The notes below the pieces were generated by a model, which ran no database searches, was not told the origin of the DNA, and saw only the letters and a list, made by a program, of their open reading frames with translations. A stretch of 64,000 bases of DNA from IMG/VR virus record IMGVR_UViG_3300023049_000005, positions 1 through 64,000 of that record, one strand, 5' to 3'. Shown in pieces: positions 20,201 to 29,131 of the stretch. The position numbers and the translations under genes are program-made. Positions within the stretch are counted from its first letter, which is position 1. The number at the start of each line of letters is the position of its first letter.

Positions 20201-20445
20201 ATCATTTTAACCTTACCTGTGCGAATAGCGTGATCCGATGCGTTGGTTAATATTTCATCATATAACTTAATAAAGGCAGGGTTATGATTAACCTTCTTCT
20301 TTTCTATTACTATATTATTTAGATCATTATCTTTAATAACGAACATCTCTTGTTCTTCTGTTACCTTAGATCCAACATAGGTTTCTGATCTTTTTAGGAT
20401 GTGTTCTCTTTGACTTAACTTTACATACTTATTCTCTTTAGCCAT
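17209..20445 (-). CDS. single-polypeptide type IIA DNA topoisomerase (ATPase, TOPRIM and breakage-reunion domains fused)
   Basis: DEILTNASDH, GGRNGLGAK, TEGDSA, PLKGKILN, DSDLDG, YYKGLGTS, DGLKP, YHHGE, catalytic SRY. Confidence 0.96.
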   Translation of the reverse strand: MAKENKYVKLSQREHILKRSETYVGSKVTEEQEMFVIKDNDLNNIVIEKKKVNHNPAFIKLYDEILTNASDHAIRTGKVKMIKVIIDDKKIVIENDGPTIPIEKHSKEKVYNPELIFSHLLTGENYDDTEKRLTGGRNGLGAKLCNVFSKKFKVECCDGKKMYRQWSKNNMKDIEEPEITNVKDTKSFTRITYYPDYSQFDFDSLTEDLKSIMYKRCLDVAAYIPDVRISLDGKTLPIKRLSDYMKLHLEEGQDFFYEQMDNGWEIGIAKSNEHGFVFNSICNGITTHRGGTHINHVSLNLAKQIAGKIKKKVSWQDVKNKLHIFLVCKIPNPTFDTQTKENLTNKMTVDIHQNVEVKDNTIRKVMKSDIYQAIIEEMEMREKLQLKKMGGGKKSNVNMPKLVDANKAGTRESDKCSLLLTEGDSALGFAVAGMSIVGRDYYGAFPLKGKILNTRDTSAQKIKRNKEIQSLLDIVGLQFGKKYEDTSDLRYGKIIILTDSDLDGIHIKGLLINFFEDNWPELLKLDILYEFITPILKVRKAKQVKSFYTIKEYQKWLATDVKGWSVKYYKGLGTSTAKEAKEYFSDLNNHLLPFNWDTDKNHDYIDLVFNKSRSDERKDWMIKNNVKDVVKYKTPTPISSFINNEMIGFSLEDNIRSIPDLYDGLKPSHRKIMNTVIKRNIIKDTPVSSLGGSVKETQKYHHGEQSLEMGIVNLAQDFVGSNNIPLLVPNGNFGTRLQGGKDAASSRYINTFLSDATKTIFDKRDEDILEYLQEDGVVIEPKHFKPIIPMVLVNGAEGIGTGWSTYIPKYNPNDLIRVIENKMSGKKSHRIHPHYNGFKGSIEETDNGYITYGNVDIVNTTTVRITELPIGYWTHNFTEHLHKLIEAKFIKEFLDNSTEQEVDITITISRENMMKVSKKEKLIDKFKLSSRLYTSNMHLFVDGNIRKFDQVEEIIDVFYDKRLDDYTKRKKSLLDVLNVEKTKLDNQVRFIKMVIKDELKVNNRKKDIIIKDLKKNKFDLYNDSYDYLLGMPIYSLTKEKVDELSEKLKNKKAEYNALKKKSPKDLWSDDLKDLKSFL

Positions 20446-20546
20446 CTTATAACTTTTAATTTTTAGACTTATATATAGAATAAAATTTATTTCCCTATAT
20501 ATAGTCAGTTATATGATTTATTAAAAAGTTTATAAAAAGTTTATTT

Positions 20547-21275
20547 TTAAATTAATTCAACAAAAGAAGTTGTATTAAAATCGAATACCATTTCGTTCTT
20601 AGAAGTGTTTATATAAACATCATCAATACTTGGTAATTTCATTAGACACTCTTCTAATTTCATCCATGTATTAGGAGTTAATTTTTCATTAGTAACATTC
20701 ATAATCACCTCTAATCTATCTCCCATTTTAGGAGTTTCGTTAAATGTATTTCCTACTCTTTCTCTGTTTTCTTTAAAGTAATCACTCTTTTTGAATTCAA
20801 GAATAACACCTAAGCTTTCTTCTATATGCTGAAAATATTTACTAAGATTTATTTTAGTATTATCTCCATCTACTTCATATGTATCTTCAAGATTAATAAC
20901 TTCTGTTTCTTCTGTTTCAACATCCTCATTGATCATTTCAACCTTTAATGAACTAAGGTATTCTTTATCCATCTTACCTTCTTTAATAATATCAGCTATC
21001 GTAGGTGCAATTTGATTGATCCCTGTTCTATATCCAATATAGTTCTTTTCATTAATAGGGTTATCACTATAACTCCATTCTATAACAGGATTCATATTAG
21101 TCAAATTATTAGTCTTAACTACTACTTTCATTTGAAGAGCTTCACTAACATTTTCCATAATAGGTTTACTTAATGTAAATTTAACGAATCTGTGATTAGA
21201 TGTATCTACTTCTGATATATTGAAGTTTTTCTTCAATTCGTAGTTAATGTGGTTTATATTTTTCTGAAATGACAT
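20547..21275 (-). CDS. hypothetical protein
   Basis: 242 aa; TAATATATA about 23 nt upstream. Confidence 0.75.
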   Translation of the reverse strand: MSFQKNINHINYELKKNFNISEVDTSNHRFVKFTLSKPIMENVSEALQMKVVVKTNNLTNMNPVIEWSYSDNPINEKNYIGYRTGINQIAPTIADIIKEGKMDKEYLSSLKVEMINEDVETEETEVINLEDTYEVDGDNTKINLSKYFQHIEESLGVILEFKKSDYFKENRERVGNTFNETPKMGDRLEVIMNVTNEKLTPNTWMKLEECLMKLPSIDDVYINTSKNEMVFDFNTTSFVELI

Positions 21276-21339
21276 AATATTATAATATTTATTTACACTA
21301 TATATTATTTATTCTATATCCAATTTTAATATATAAGAT

Positions 21340-21636
21340 ATGATTACTAGTTTTAAAGTGTTTGAAGGATTAAATATTCAACCATTAGTTGATAAAGTTG
21401 TAAAATATGGTAATATGGAAGCATTTCAATATTTAAAAAATATGAAATTTGATCTGAGTGTTAATAATAATATAATCATTGAAGTGGCTTCATCAAATAT
21501 ATATAATGAAATAGTTAAGGATATATATCATGCCATAGAAGAAGCCGCTAAATTTGGATTAGATATAGATCCGATAGATGATAATATTATATTCGATGAA
21601 AAGGAAAATAGATATAAAATAATAGATTACCTTTAA
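21340..21636 (+). CDS. small protein with capsid-targeting-like motif and a degenerate ankyrin-like repeat
   Basis: MITSFKVFEG; KYGNMEAFQYL..DLSVNNNIIIEVAS. Confidence 0.55.
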   Translation: MITSFKVFEGLNIQPLVDKVVKYGNMEAFQYLKNMKFDLSVNNNIIIEVASSNIYNEIVKDIYHAIEEAAKFGLDIDPIDDNIIFDEKENRYKIIDYL

Positions 21637-21692
21637 TAGACTCTCAATGTTTTATATATATTATGAATTAATAAAAAAACAAGAATTAATTT

Positions 21693-22979
21693 ATGGGATT
21701 AACTAAGCTTAATAATCAAGGAGATACTATCTTAAAAGATATCTTCGAAGACGTAATTACTGTGTATGAAGATATACAAGGATCAAAAATGATCGTTAAT
21801 TTTAACGGTAAAGATTTTGAATTCAGAACTAAAAGTATAAACAATGATCCGATCTCTCTGATCGATGTATCGTTACAAAAATATTATAATAAAGCATTTA
21901 ACTTCTTCTATTCATTAGATGAACGTGTACTTAGTTTAATACCTAAAAATTGGTATTTCTGTTTTGAGTACTTTCCCGATAACCAACCTGCTCATATAGA
22001 GTATAAAAAAAGCCCTAAGAATAGCTTAATATTAACGGGTATAATTAAAGGAAGTAAAAAGAAGTTTAAATATAACATTGAAGAAATTATAGAGTTTTCT
22101 AATCTATTTAATTGTGATCCTTTACCTGTTGTATTTCATGGTAAATTGAATCAGAAACAAAAGGAAGGTATTAAGTATTTCTTACATACCTCAAAAGAAG
22201 ATTTAGAATATGTATTTGGTGATAAGAACTTTTCCTTTTTCTTTTATAAACTATTAGACCCTACCCATAAACATTCATTTTTAATGGAAGAAGGAGAGTT
22301 TCAGCCTAATACACAAAGACTTATTATCAAAACAAATAGCAACGATCATAAGTATGAAGTATTGAATCCTTTATATGAAAGAACAGTAGAGAATATAGAT
22401 ACGGAATTCACAGAAGTATACTCATTAATAATATTAAACTTCTTAAATTATATACAGAACGTAGATCTAAGTGATCTTAAATTAAGTGGTAAAAAGTATG
22501 ATGAAGTCTATATGAATCTTATATGTAAGTTATATAATATGTATATGAACGATAATAGTGAAGAATTAGTGGAGTTTGAATTCAGTATACCTAAGTTCTT
22601 TAATAAAGATAAGTTTAAGATCAATACTAAGTTCATCTCAAATAACCTGACAAAAAAGTATGTAAATAAGAATGATAAATTCGAATACATCTTTAAATCT
22701 ATATTAGGATCATTTAGACAGAAGAAGACAAAAGAGATTGGTCTTTTCAATAAAAACTCTTTAGTGTTATTTAATAAGTTTATCGATAGCTTAAATGATA
22801 TCATACATGATTACTTAAATAAGATGAAAGAGGATAAACTTAGAAATACTAATCTAATGGACTTCGGAAGATATTACGATTTCCAATATGATACTGATGC
22901 TGATGGTAAAGTTTATCCTGATGTATATACTGAATTTGAAGCAGATAGCATTGATAAGAAAAAAAAATTAAAAAAATAA
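21693..22979 (+). CDS. hypothetical protein with RNA-ligase-like N-terminal region (probably inactive)
   Basis: YEDIQGS resembles ligase motif I without the Lys; FCFEYF. Confidence 0.55.
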   Translation: MGLTKLNNQGDTILKDIFEDVITVYEDIQGSKMIVNFNGKDFEFRTKSINNDPISLIDVSLQKYYNKAFNFFYSLDERVLSLIPKNWYFCFEYFPDNQPAHIEYKKSPKNSLILTGIIKGSKKKFKYNIEEIIEFSNLFNCDPLPVVFHGKLNQKQKEGIKYFLHTSKEDLEYVFGDKNFSFFFYKLLDPTHKHSFLMEEGEFQPNTQRLIIKTNSNDHKYEVLNPLYERTVENIDTEFTEVYSLIILNFLNYIQNVDLSDLKLSGKKYDEVYMNLICKLYNMYMNDNSEELVEFEFSIPKFFNKDKFKINTKFISNNLTKKYVNKNDKFEYIFKSILGSFRQKKTKEIGLFNKNSLVLFNKFIDSLNDIIHDYLNKMKEDKLRNTNLMDFGRYYDFQYDTDADGKVYPDVYTEFEADSIDKKKKLKK

Positions 22980-23055
22980 TTTAATTCTCCTTTTTCATTT
23001 AATATTTATTCCTATATTTGTAGTCTAAAATGTAATAAAAATTAAACTTATCATT

Positions 23056-24411
23056 ATGGATAACAAACAAAACGTCAAAAAGGTAACACCTGTTTACCAA
23101 ACAGCAAAATTTAACAGGGATATTAAAACATTAACTAAGAGAGAGTTTAAGTACTTTGCTCTTATGAGGTCACAATACGGAGTTCCTTTTATTAAGGCAA
23201 AACCAGGTGTGGCTAAATCGGCTATTGTAAGAACTATTGCCGAAAAGCTCGATATGCAATATATCGATCTTCGTCTTTCTATGGCAGATGAAACTGATAT
23301 GCAGTTTCCTAATCTTACTTTCAGTGAAAAGCATGGTGTACATGTAATTGAGAGTGCGATTCCTGAGTGGGCTGCATTATCAAATGAAAGACCAACTATC
23401 ATTCACTTTGAAGAATTAAACCGTGCGAGGTTGGAAGTTAGAAATGCCGCACTTCAAATTCTTCTTGAAAGAACTATTGGACACAAGTTCAAGTTCAATG
23501 AAAATGTATTTATGATATCAAGTGGTAACTTAGGTGACGAAGATGACACCGATGTTGAAGAATTTGATACTGCTTTAAATAACCGTTTGATTCACGTTAA
23601 GCACACACTTACTGTTGATGAATGGTTAGCATGGGCGAGAGATTTCGGACACATTCACCCTGATATTATTCAGTTCATCGAACTTGATGGAACTAAGCTT
23701 GTAACCAAGCCTGCGGATAATGAAGGTTCTAGTGGGGGCGCACATGCTACACCAAGATCTTGGGAGATGTTAAGTAAGTTTATTGTTGCCAACTTCGGTG
23801 GTGGAAGTAAATTAGATGAAGAAGGGAATATCATCTGTGATGAAGAAGGTAATCCTATTCGTTTCTATGATGGTTGGAAAACTGACAAGAAAGGTAATCC
23901 TATTTTCAACAAAGTTGTAGATGGATCAGAAGAAATGGAAACCGTATCTTCTAGTGATGCTAGAATTAATGGTATCAGAAACTACGGAGATACCACAGAA
24001 TACTTACCTGTGGTAAGTGAATTCGGTTCGGGTTTCATCGGTGCAAGTGCTTGGAATAGATTTGCTAGATTCTTGAAAGACCGTATCAACCTTAATCTTA
24101 GAGATATTCTTGAAGATTTTAAGAAAAGAGAAGCAGATCTTGCTAATTTCAAGAGAGATAAATACTCTGAACTTATTTCGGAAGCTAAGGGTGCTGATAT
24201 CTCTAAGTGGAGTTCTAAGAACGTTGATAACTTCTCATTATTCTTGATGAAGTGTAGTGCTGACGAAAGAACAGGTTTCCTACTTCACGTAGTGGATAAA
24301 GCAAACAACAACTTCGGTAAAGCTGTTGCTGACAGTTCAGTGAAATCACTTCTTAGAAAGTTCCCTAATGAATTGAAGAAAATTAAATCACTTAATCAGA
24401 ACAACAGATAA
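23056..24411 (+). CDS. MoxR-like AAA+ ATPase
   Basis: Walker A AKPGVAKS, Walker B IHFEELNRA, SSGN, ALNNRL, TPRSWE. Confidence 0.85.
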   Translation: MDNKQNVKKVTPVYQTAKFNRDIKTLTKREFKYFALMRSQYGVPFIKAKPGVAKSAIVRTIAEKLDMQYIDLRLSMADETDMQFPNLTFSEKHGVHVIESAIPEWAALSNERPTIIHFEELNRARLEVRNAALQILLERTIGHKFKFNENVFMISSGNLGDEDDTDVEEFDTALNNRLIHVKHTLTVDEWLAWARDFGHIHPDIIQFIELDGTKLVTKPADNEGSSGGAHATPRSWEMLSKFIVANFGGGSKLDEEGNIICDEEGNPIRFYDGWKTDKKGNPIFNKVVDGSEEMETVSSSDARINGIRNYGDTTEYLPVVSEFGSGFIGASAWNRFARFLKDRINLNLRDILEDFKKREADLANFKRDKYSELISEAKGADISKWSSKNVDNFSLFLMKCSADERTGFLLHVVDKANNNFGKAVADSSVKSLLRKFPNELKKIKSLNQNNR

Positions 24412-24445
24412 TAGTATTTAAATAATAAAAATAAACAGATAGATT

Positions 24446-25858
24446 ATGAGCGATGTAGTAGATATGGGGTCTAACCACCCTACCTTAGTAGAAGCTGTGG
24501 AAAGAATGTTAATTGACGTAAAGTTTGAATTACCTTTCTATGGAGAGTTTAACCTAAACATTAATTTCAGAGATTCCACTAAGAAAATGCGTACTTGTGC
24601 GACCAATGTTAAATCCACGGGTATGTATTTCTACTACAACGCTAATTTTCTATCTAGTTTAAATACTATTGATGGAGAAATCAGTGGAGTTGGGGAAGAA
24701 GAAATTAAATTCAATGAGTGGGAAAGACAGAAGCAAGTAAACTTTTTACTTCTTCATAATAATTACCACTTACTTTTCAATCACCCACAAAGGATGATTG
24801 CGGGTAACTTTAAGCCTAGTTTCTCTAATATTGCCCAAGATATGATTATCAACTCAACTTTATGGGCTGATATCACACAAGAGTTTATTTCAGTTCCTAA
24901 GTATCCTATTAATGATGAAAACCGTAGTAAGGATATTGATAATAAACATATGGCACTCTTTATCCCTAGAAAGTTCGCAGAACAAGGTGGTGAGCCTATC
25001 TTCGAAGAACTATATAGTTGGTTGAGAGAAGAGCATATGCTTTGGGATAATAACAGAAAACAAAATCCTGATCAACCTAATACTGATCCTATGTATGGTG
25101 ATTATGGTGTATATGGCGAAAATAATAACTCAGTTAATATGTTCTCTTTAGATTACATTTTCAATCAACTTGATGAAAACGAAGGATCTTTTATGGACGA
25201 GCATATGGATGACACCGTACCTGAGGAAGTAAGAGAAAACTTTGTAAACGATGTAATCGAAGGTTTAAGAGGTAGAGGTCTTGTTAAAGGTGATATCGAA
25301 ACTACTTTAGATAAACTAAGAAAGAAAAGAAAGGATTATTTAAGGGAAATTAAAAGATGTATTTCTAATGATATTCTTGGTAATATCAAACAAAGAAGTC
25401 TTGCTAAACCTAACCGTAGAGGTATTAAGGGGTTGAAAGGTAATAGAAAAATTAAAGCTGAGATTAATGTTATCTTAGATACATCAGGATCTATGGGAGG
25501 TCTTTTTGAAAAAGTGCTTTCTTTTGTATTTCAAAGAGATATTACTATTAATATGTTACAAGTAGATACCGAGGTACATGGTGTTAAGAAAATCACATCT
25601 CTGAGAGAGATGCAACAAATTGACATCAAAGGTCTTGGTGGTACTATGTTACAACCAGGTATTGATATGTTGACAGAGAAAGGATCTGAGTACCAAAATT
25701 ATAATACAGTTATCTTAACTGATGGATATTGTGATACTTTAGATTTATCTAAAGTTAATGGTAGAGTACTTGGTATCACAACAGGATGTGCTATCCCAAT
25801 GTCTAAAAAACCAAAGAATGGTTTTTATAAAGAAATTTTCGTAGACGAATCATTATAA
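24446..25858 (+). CDS. DUF2201-like peptidase-fold plus VWA domain protein
   Basis: LLHNNYHLLFNH, NIAQDMIIN, MIDAS DTSGS, GLGGT, ILTDGY. Confidence 0.82.
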   Translation: MSDVVDMGSNHPTLVEAVERMLIDVKFELPFYGEFNLNINFRDSTKKMRTCATNVKSTGMYFYYNANFLSSLNTIDGEISGVGEEEIKFNEWERQKQVNFLLLHNNYHLLFNHPQRMIAGNFKPSFSNIAQDMIINSTLWADITQEFISVPKYPINDENRSKDIDNKHMALFIPRKFAEQGGEPIFEELYSWLREEHMLWDNNRKQNPDQPNTDPMYGDYGVYGENNNSVNMFSLDYIFNQLDENEGSFMDEHMDDTVPEEVRENFVNDVIEGLRGRGLVKGDIETTLDKLRKKRKDYLREIKRCISNDILGNIKQRSLAKPNRRGIKGLKGNRKIKAEINVILDTSGSMGGLFEKVLSFVFQRDITINMLQVDTEVHGVKKITSLREMQQIDIKGLGGTMLQPGIDMLTEKGSEYQNYNTVILTDGYCDTLDLSKVNGRVLGITTGCAIPMSKKPKNGFYKEIFVDESL

Positions 25859-25861
25859 AAA

Positions 25862-26230
25862 ATGAAACTAGTAAACACAAAACTAAGAGTTGTATATATC
25901 CCACAAGTTCCTATGAAGGGATTTAAAGTGGTAGTCAATAATGAGCGTGAGGCATATATTGTTTATAATGCTCTTATTAACCAACACAACTTTCTACTTG
26001 ATGAGAAAGTAATTCCTGATCACTTAAATGTTATTTTTGTAGAAATGGTTGATGAAAGTGGAGAATGGGTTGAGTACTACAATGAAGAAGAAATGGTTGA
26101 ATGGGAAGAATTTTGTGAAGAATATGATGCCTATATAAAAGGGGATTATATCATTGGACAAAATGATGATATAGATCATCTATCCGATGGTAATTATATC
26201 GGTGGATTAACAATGCCTAAAAAAGATTAA
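25862..26230 (+). CDS. P22 gp17-like (superinfection-exclusion family) protein
   Basis: KLRVVYIPQVPMKGF..IPDHLN resembles the LRVWHIPQVPMKPF signature. Confidence 0.6.
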   Translation: MKLVNTKLRVVYIPQVPMKGFKVVVNNEREAYIVYNALINQHNFLLDEKVIPDHLNVIFVEMVDESGEWVEYYNEEEMVEWEEFCEEYDAYIKGDYIIGQNDDIDHLSDGNYIGGLTMPKKD

Positions 26231-26260
26231 ACAACAATAAACAACTTGAACGATTAAATA

Positions 26261-27319
26261 TTGGAAAATATGGAAAATAAAAAACTTTCTCAGGAAATTG
26301 AATTGTCTAAAGCAGACAAAAAGGTAGCTTTAGAAACAGCTAAAAAAATTGATACAAGTGATCCGAATTCTATCTTAGAATATGGTAATGATGTACAAAA
26401 GAAATTAGGTGATTTCTCTACTGATATTTTAAAGAATATAAAGAAGAATGATAATAATGAGATCAATGATCTTATTAACGACCTTCTACATGATATACAA
26501 CATATCGAAAGTAGTACTAATCCTTCTATTATGGATAGAGTTGTTAGTGTACTTCCATATGGAAAGAAACTCCAAAAAGGTGCTAGAAAGATGATCGCTA
26601 AATATGAAGGTGTTGAGTCTAATATTGATAATATCGTTGTTAAAATCGATAAAAAGAGATTACACCTTTATCAAGATAACGAGCTTTTAAATCAATTATT
26701 TGCTCAAAATCTTGACAACCTTAAAGAACTTAAGGTTTATATCGAAGGTGCTGAGATCAGATTAAAAGAATTAAAAGAAGAAGTAGTAACTATCGATGGT
26801 AGTACTATTGAAAATCAATACTTGATTAACGATAAGAAAAACTTCATTAATCGATTAGAGAAAAAAATTACTGACCTTAAAACATCAGGGGCAGTAACTT
26901 TACAAACACTTCCTCAAATAAGAATTATTCAAGATAATAATTCAACTCTTATTGAGAAGATCCAAAGTTCTATCAATAGTACTATTCCTCTTTGGAAGAA
27001 TCAGTTTGTTATTGCGGTATCACTCCAAAGACAACAAAATGCTATTGAAATCAAAAATAAGATTGATGATACTACTAATGATATTCTAAAAAAGAACTCA
27101 TTAGCGTTGAAACAAAATGCTATCGAAACTGCTAAGGCTAATGAGAGAAGTACTATCGATATCTCAACTCTTAAATCAGTAAATGATAATCTTATTTCTA
27201 CATTACAGGAAATTAAGAAAATCAAGAAAGGTGGAGAACAAAAGAGAAAAGAAGTTGATAAAGAACTTCAGAATATCAAAGACACACTTAAAAAAGGACT
27301 ATTAGAAGATCAAGACTAA
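26261..27319 (+). CDS. telA: toxic anion resistance protein TelA family
   Basis: ILEYG..VQ, QTLPQIRIIQDNN..LIEKIQS...TIPLWKNQ. Confidence 0.88.
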   Translation: MENMENKKLSQEIELSKADKKVALETAKKIDTSDPNSILEYGNDVQKKLGDFSTDILKNIKKNDNNEINDLINDLLHDIQHIESSTNPSIMDRVVSVLPYGKKLQKGARKMIAKYEGVESNIDNIVVKIDKKRLHLYQDNELLNQLFAQNLDNLKELKVYIEGAEIRLKELKEEVVTIDGSTIENQYLINDKKNFINRLEKKITDLKTSGAVTLQTLPQIRIIQDNNSTLIEKIQSSINSTIPLWKNQFVIAVSLQRQQNAIEIKNKIDDTTNDILKKNSLALKQNAIETAKANERSTIDISTLKSVNDNLISTLQEIKKIKKGGEQKRKEVDKELQNIKDTLKKGLLEDQD

Positions 27320-27320
27320 T

Positions 27321-28664
27321 ATGTTTTCCCAAGCCGAATGTGTCCAAGTACTTAAAGGTAAATTAGATCCTAAAGACTTTCCTTCTTTAGATAAGATGAG
27401 ATTGTACAAATTAGAACATGTACTTAGAGAGCTTATTGGGGGACAACTTAGTGATAGTATTAAGAAACAATATGTAGTAAATTTTCTACATATTGTTAAT
27501 CTTAATTTAGAGAAGATCAATTACTTTGATATCAACCTTTTCAAATATCTTAAATTCAATATCTTAGATACCTCATTATTTTATGATAAACTAATATTTA
27601 ATCAGAGTCTTATTTCTAAGATATTCAATCTAAAAAAGAAGATTTTAATCAGAGAAGGTAAATGGGAAGAATGGAGTAAGTATAGAAAATATTTTACTTC
27701 AAATAATGATAATTGGATCAAAGAATCTTCTGATAGAATTGATCATCTAAAGTCTATTAATAAGAAATTCAAAGATAGTAGATTAGAGCAGATCGTTAGT
27801 ATATCCGAAAATATACATAGTTATATTAAAGATAATAAAAAAGTTAAACTAACTAAATTAGAGCAATTCCATATTTACTATTCTGATAATCTTATTCAAC
27901 TACTAGATGATTATGTTTATCAAATAGAAAAAGAGGCAGAATCTATTATCTCTTATAATAAGAAGTATAATCAAGAAATTGATGTTTATAAACAGAACTA
28001 TGTAGATAAACTTACTGATATCAAGAAGTATTTTTCTAATCTATCTTATATATCCGAAAATAAAATTGATCATACTATAAGTAGATATAATAGAGTATTA
28101 AGTGAATCACAGATGTATAATAATTATATCAAAAAGGGTGATAGTATTAAATTAAATCTTTATAAAAAAGAACAAAAAAGTATCTGTTTCTATGATACTA
28201 ATAATATAGCCTCTTGTGATAAAATTTATAACACTAGTACTTTCGTAAGAAAATATACGTTTATAACAAAAGGTAAATATGGTGTAGATATGAAACTATT
28301 ATCTATTTTACACAATATATCATTTAATCTTATTGATGAATTTAATTCAGATAGTAATGTTACATATTTTGAAACTAATGATGACACAGGTGTTTCACAT
28401 TGTCTGTGTATTAGATATGAGAATGATATTACATTATTATATTTAGTAGATAGAAGATTTATACATTCAGATAAAACAGGAAATAGATATAAAAAAATTG
28501 AAGTCAAAATCAATTATAATCTTAATGATGAATTAAATGAATTATTAGATCAATATAAAACTAAAATAGAATCGTATATTGATGATAATGTTAAACCAAA
28601 GGCTGATGAAATACTAAAAAGTAAACTTATCTCAGCTATGAAAGATGAAGTAACCGATATATGA
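27321..28664 (+). CDS. hypothetical protein, possible XpaC-like segment
   Basis: Directly follows telA; LEQFHIYYSDNLIQLLDDY resembles the XpaC motif. Confidence 0.55.
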   Translation: MFSQAECVQVLKGKLDPKDFPSLDKMRLYKLEHVLRELIGGQLSDSIKKQYVVNFLHIVNLNLEKINYFDINLFKYLKFNILDTSLFYDKLIFNQSLISKIFNLKKKILIREGKWEEWSKYRKYFTSNNDNWIKESSDRIDHLKSINKKFKDSRLEQIVSISENIHSYIKDNKKVKLTKLEQFHIYYSDNLIQLLDDYVYQIEKEAESIISYNKKYNQEIDVYKQNYVDKLTDIKKYFSNLSYISENKIDHTISRYNRVLSESQMYNNYIKKGDSIKLNLYKKEQKSICFYDTNNIASCDKIYNTSTFVRKYTFITKGKYGVDMKLLSILHNISFNLIDEFNSDSNVTYFETNDDTGVSHCLCIRYENDITLLYLVDRRFIHSDKTGNRYKKIEVKINYNLNDELNELLDQYKTKIESYIDDNVKPKADEILKSKLISAMKDEVTDI

Positions 28665-29131
28665 ATATTAAAGATATAATAAAAGAAGAAGGCGATTCCT
28701 TCCATGGTATACATAAAAGTATACTCTATTATGGTATAAGACATGATCATTTAGGAATGTGGTGCGGTTATATAGTAATCAAACCTAATCATCCATTTTA
28801 TAAAACCACAGAAAAACAATCAGGATATTTCCATGTACATGGTGGTGTTACTTTTGTTAAATATGTAAATGAGAGTTATCAGAAAATTTTAATAGACAAA
28901 AATATTGATAATATCTTAATAAAAGATTACGTAATAGGATTTGATTGTGGTCATAGTGGTGATTTAGTTCCGAGCATGTTTGAGTTATATGATGGTATCA
29001 CAAGAAATGATGTTTATAGGGATAAAAAATACGTCATTGAAGAATGTAAAAATATGATAAATCAATTAGATAAAAAATATCCTAAATTTTTCGGTGAATA
29101 TAAGGAAATGTTTAAAAAACTAAATTCCTAA
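28661..29131 (+). CDS. conserved phage hypothetical protein
   Basis: WCGY..HP, VHGGVTF, GFDCGH.GD. Confidence 0.75.
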   Translation: MNIKDIIKEEGDSFHGIHKSILYYGIRHDHLGMWCGYIVIKPNHPFYKTTEKQSGYFHVHGGVTFVKYVNESYQKILIDKNIDNILIKDYVIGFDCGHSGDLVPSMFELYDGITRNDVYRDKKYVIEECKNMINQLDKKYPKFFGEYKEMFKKLNS

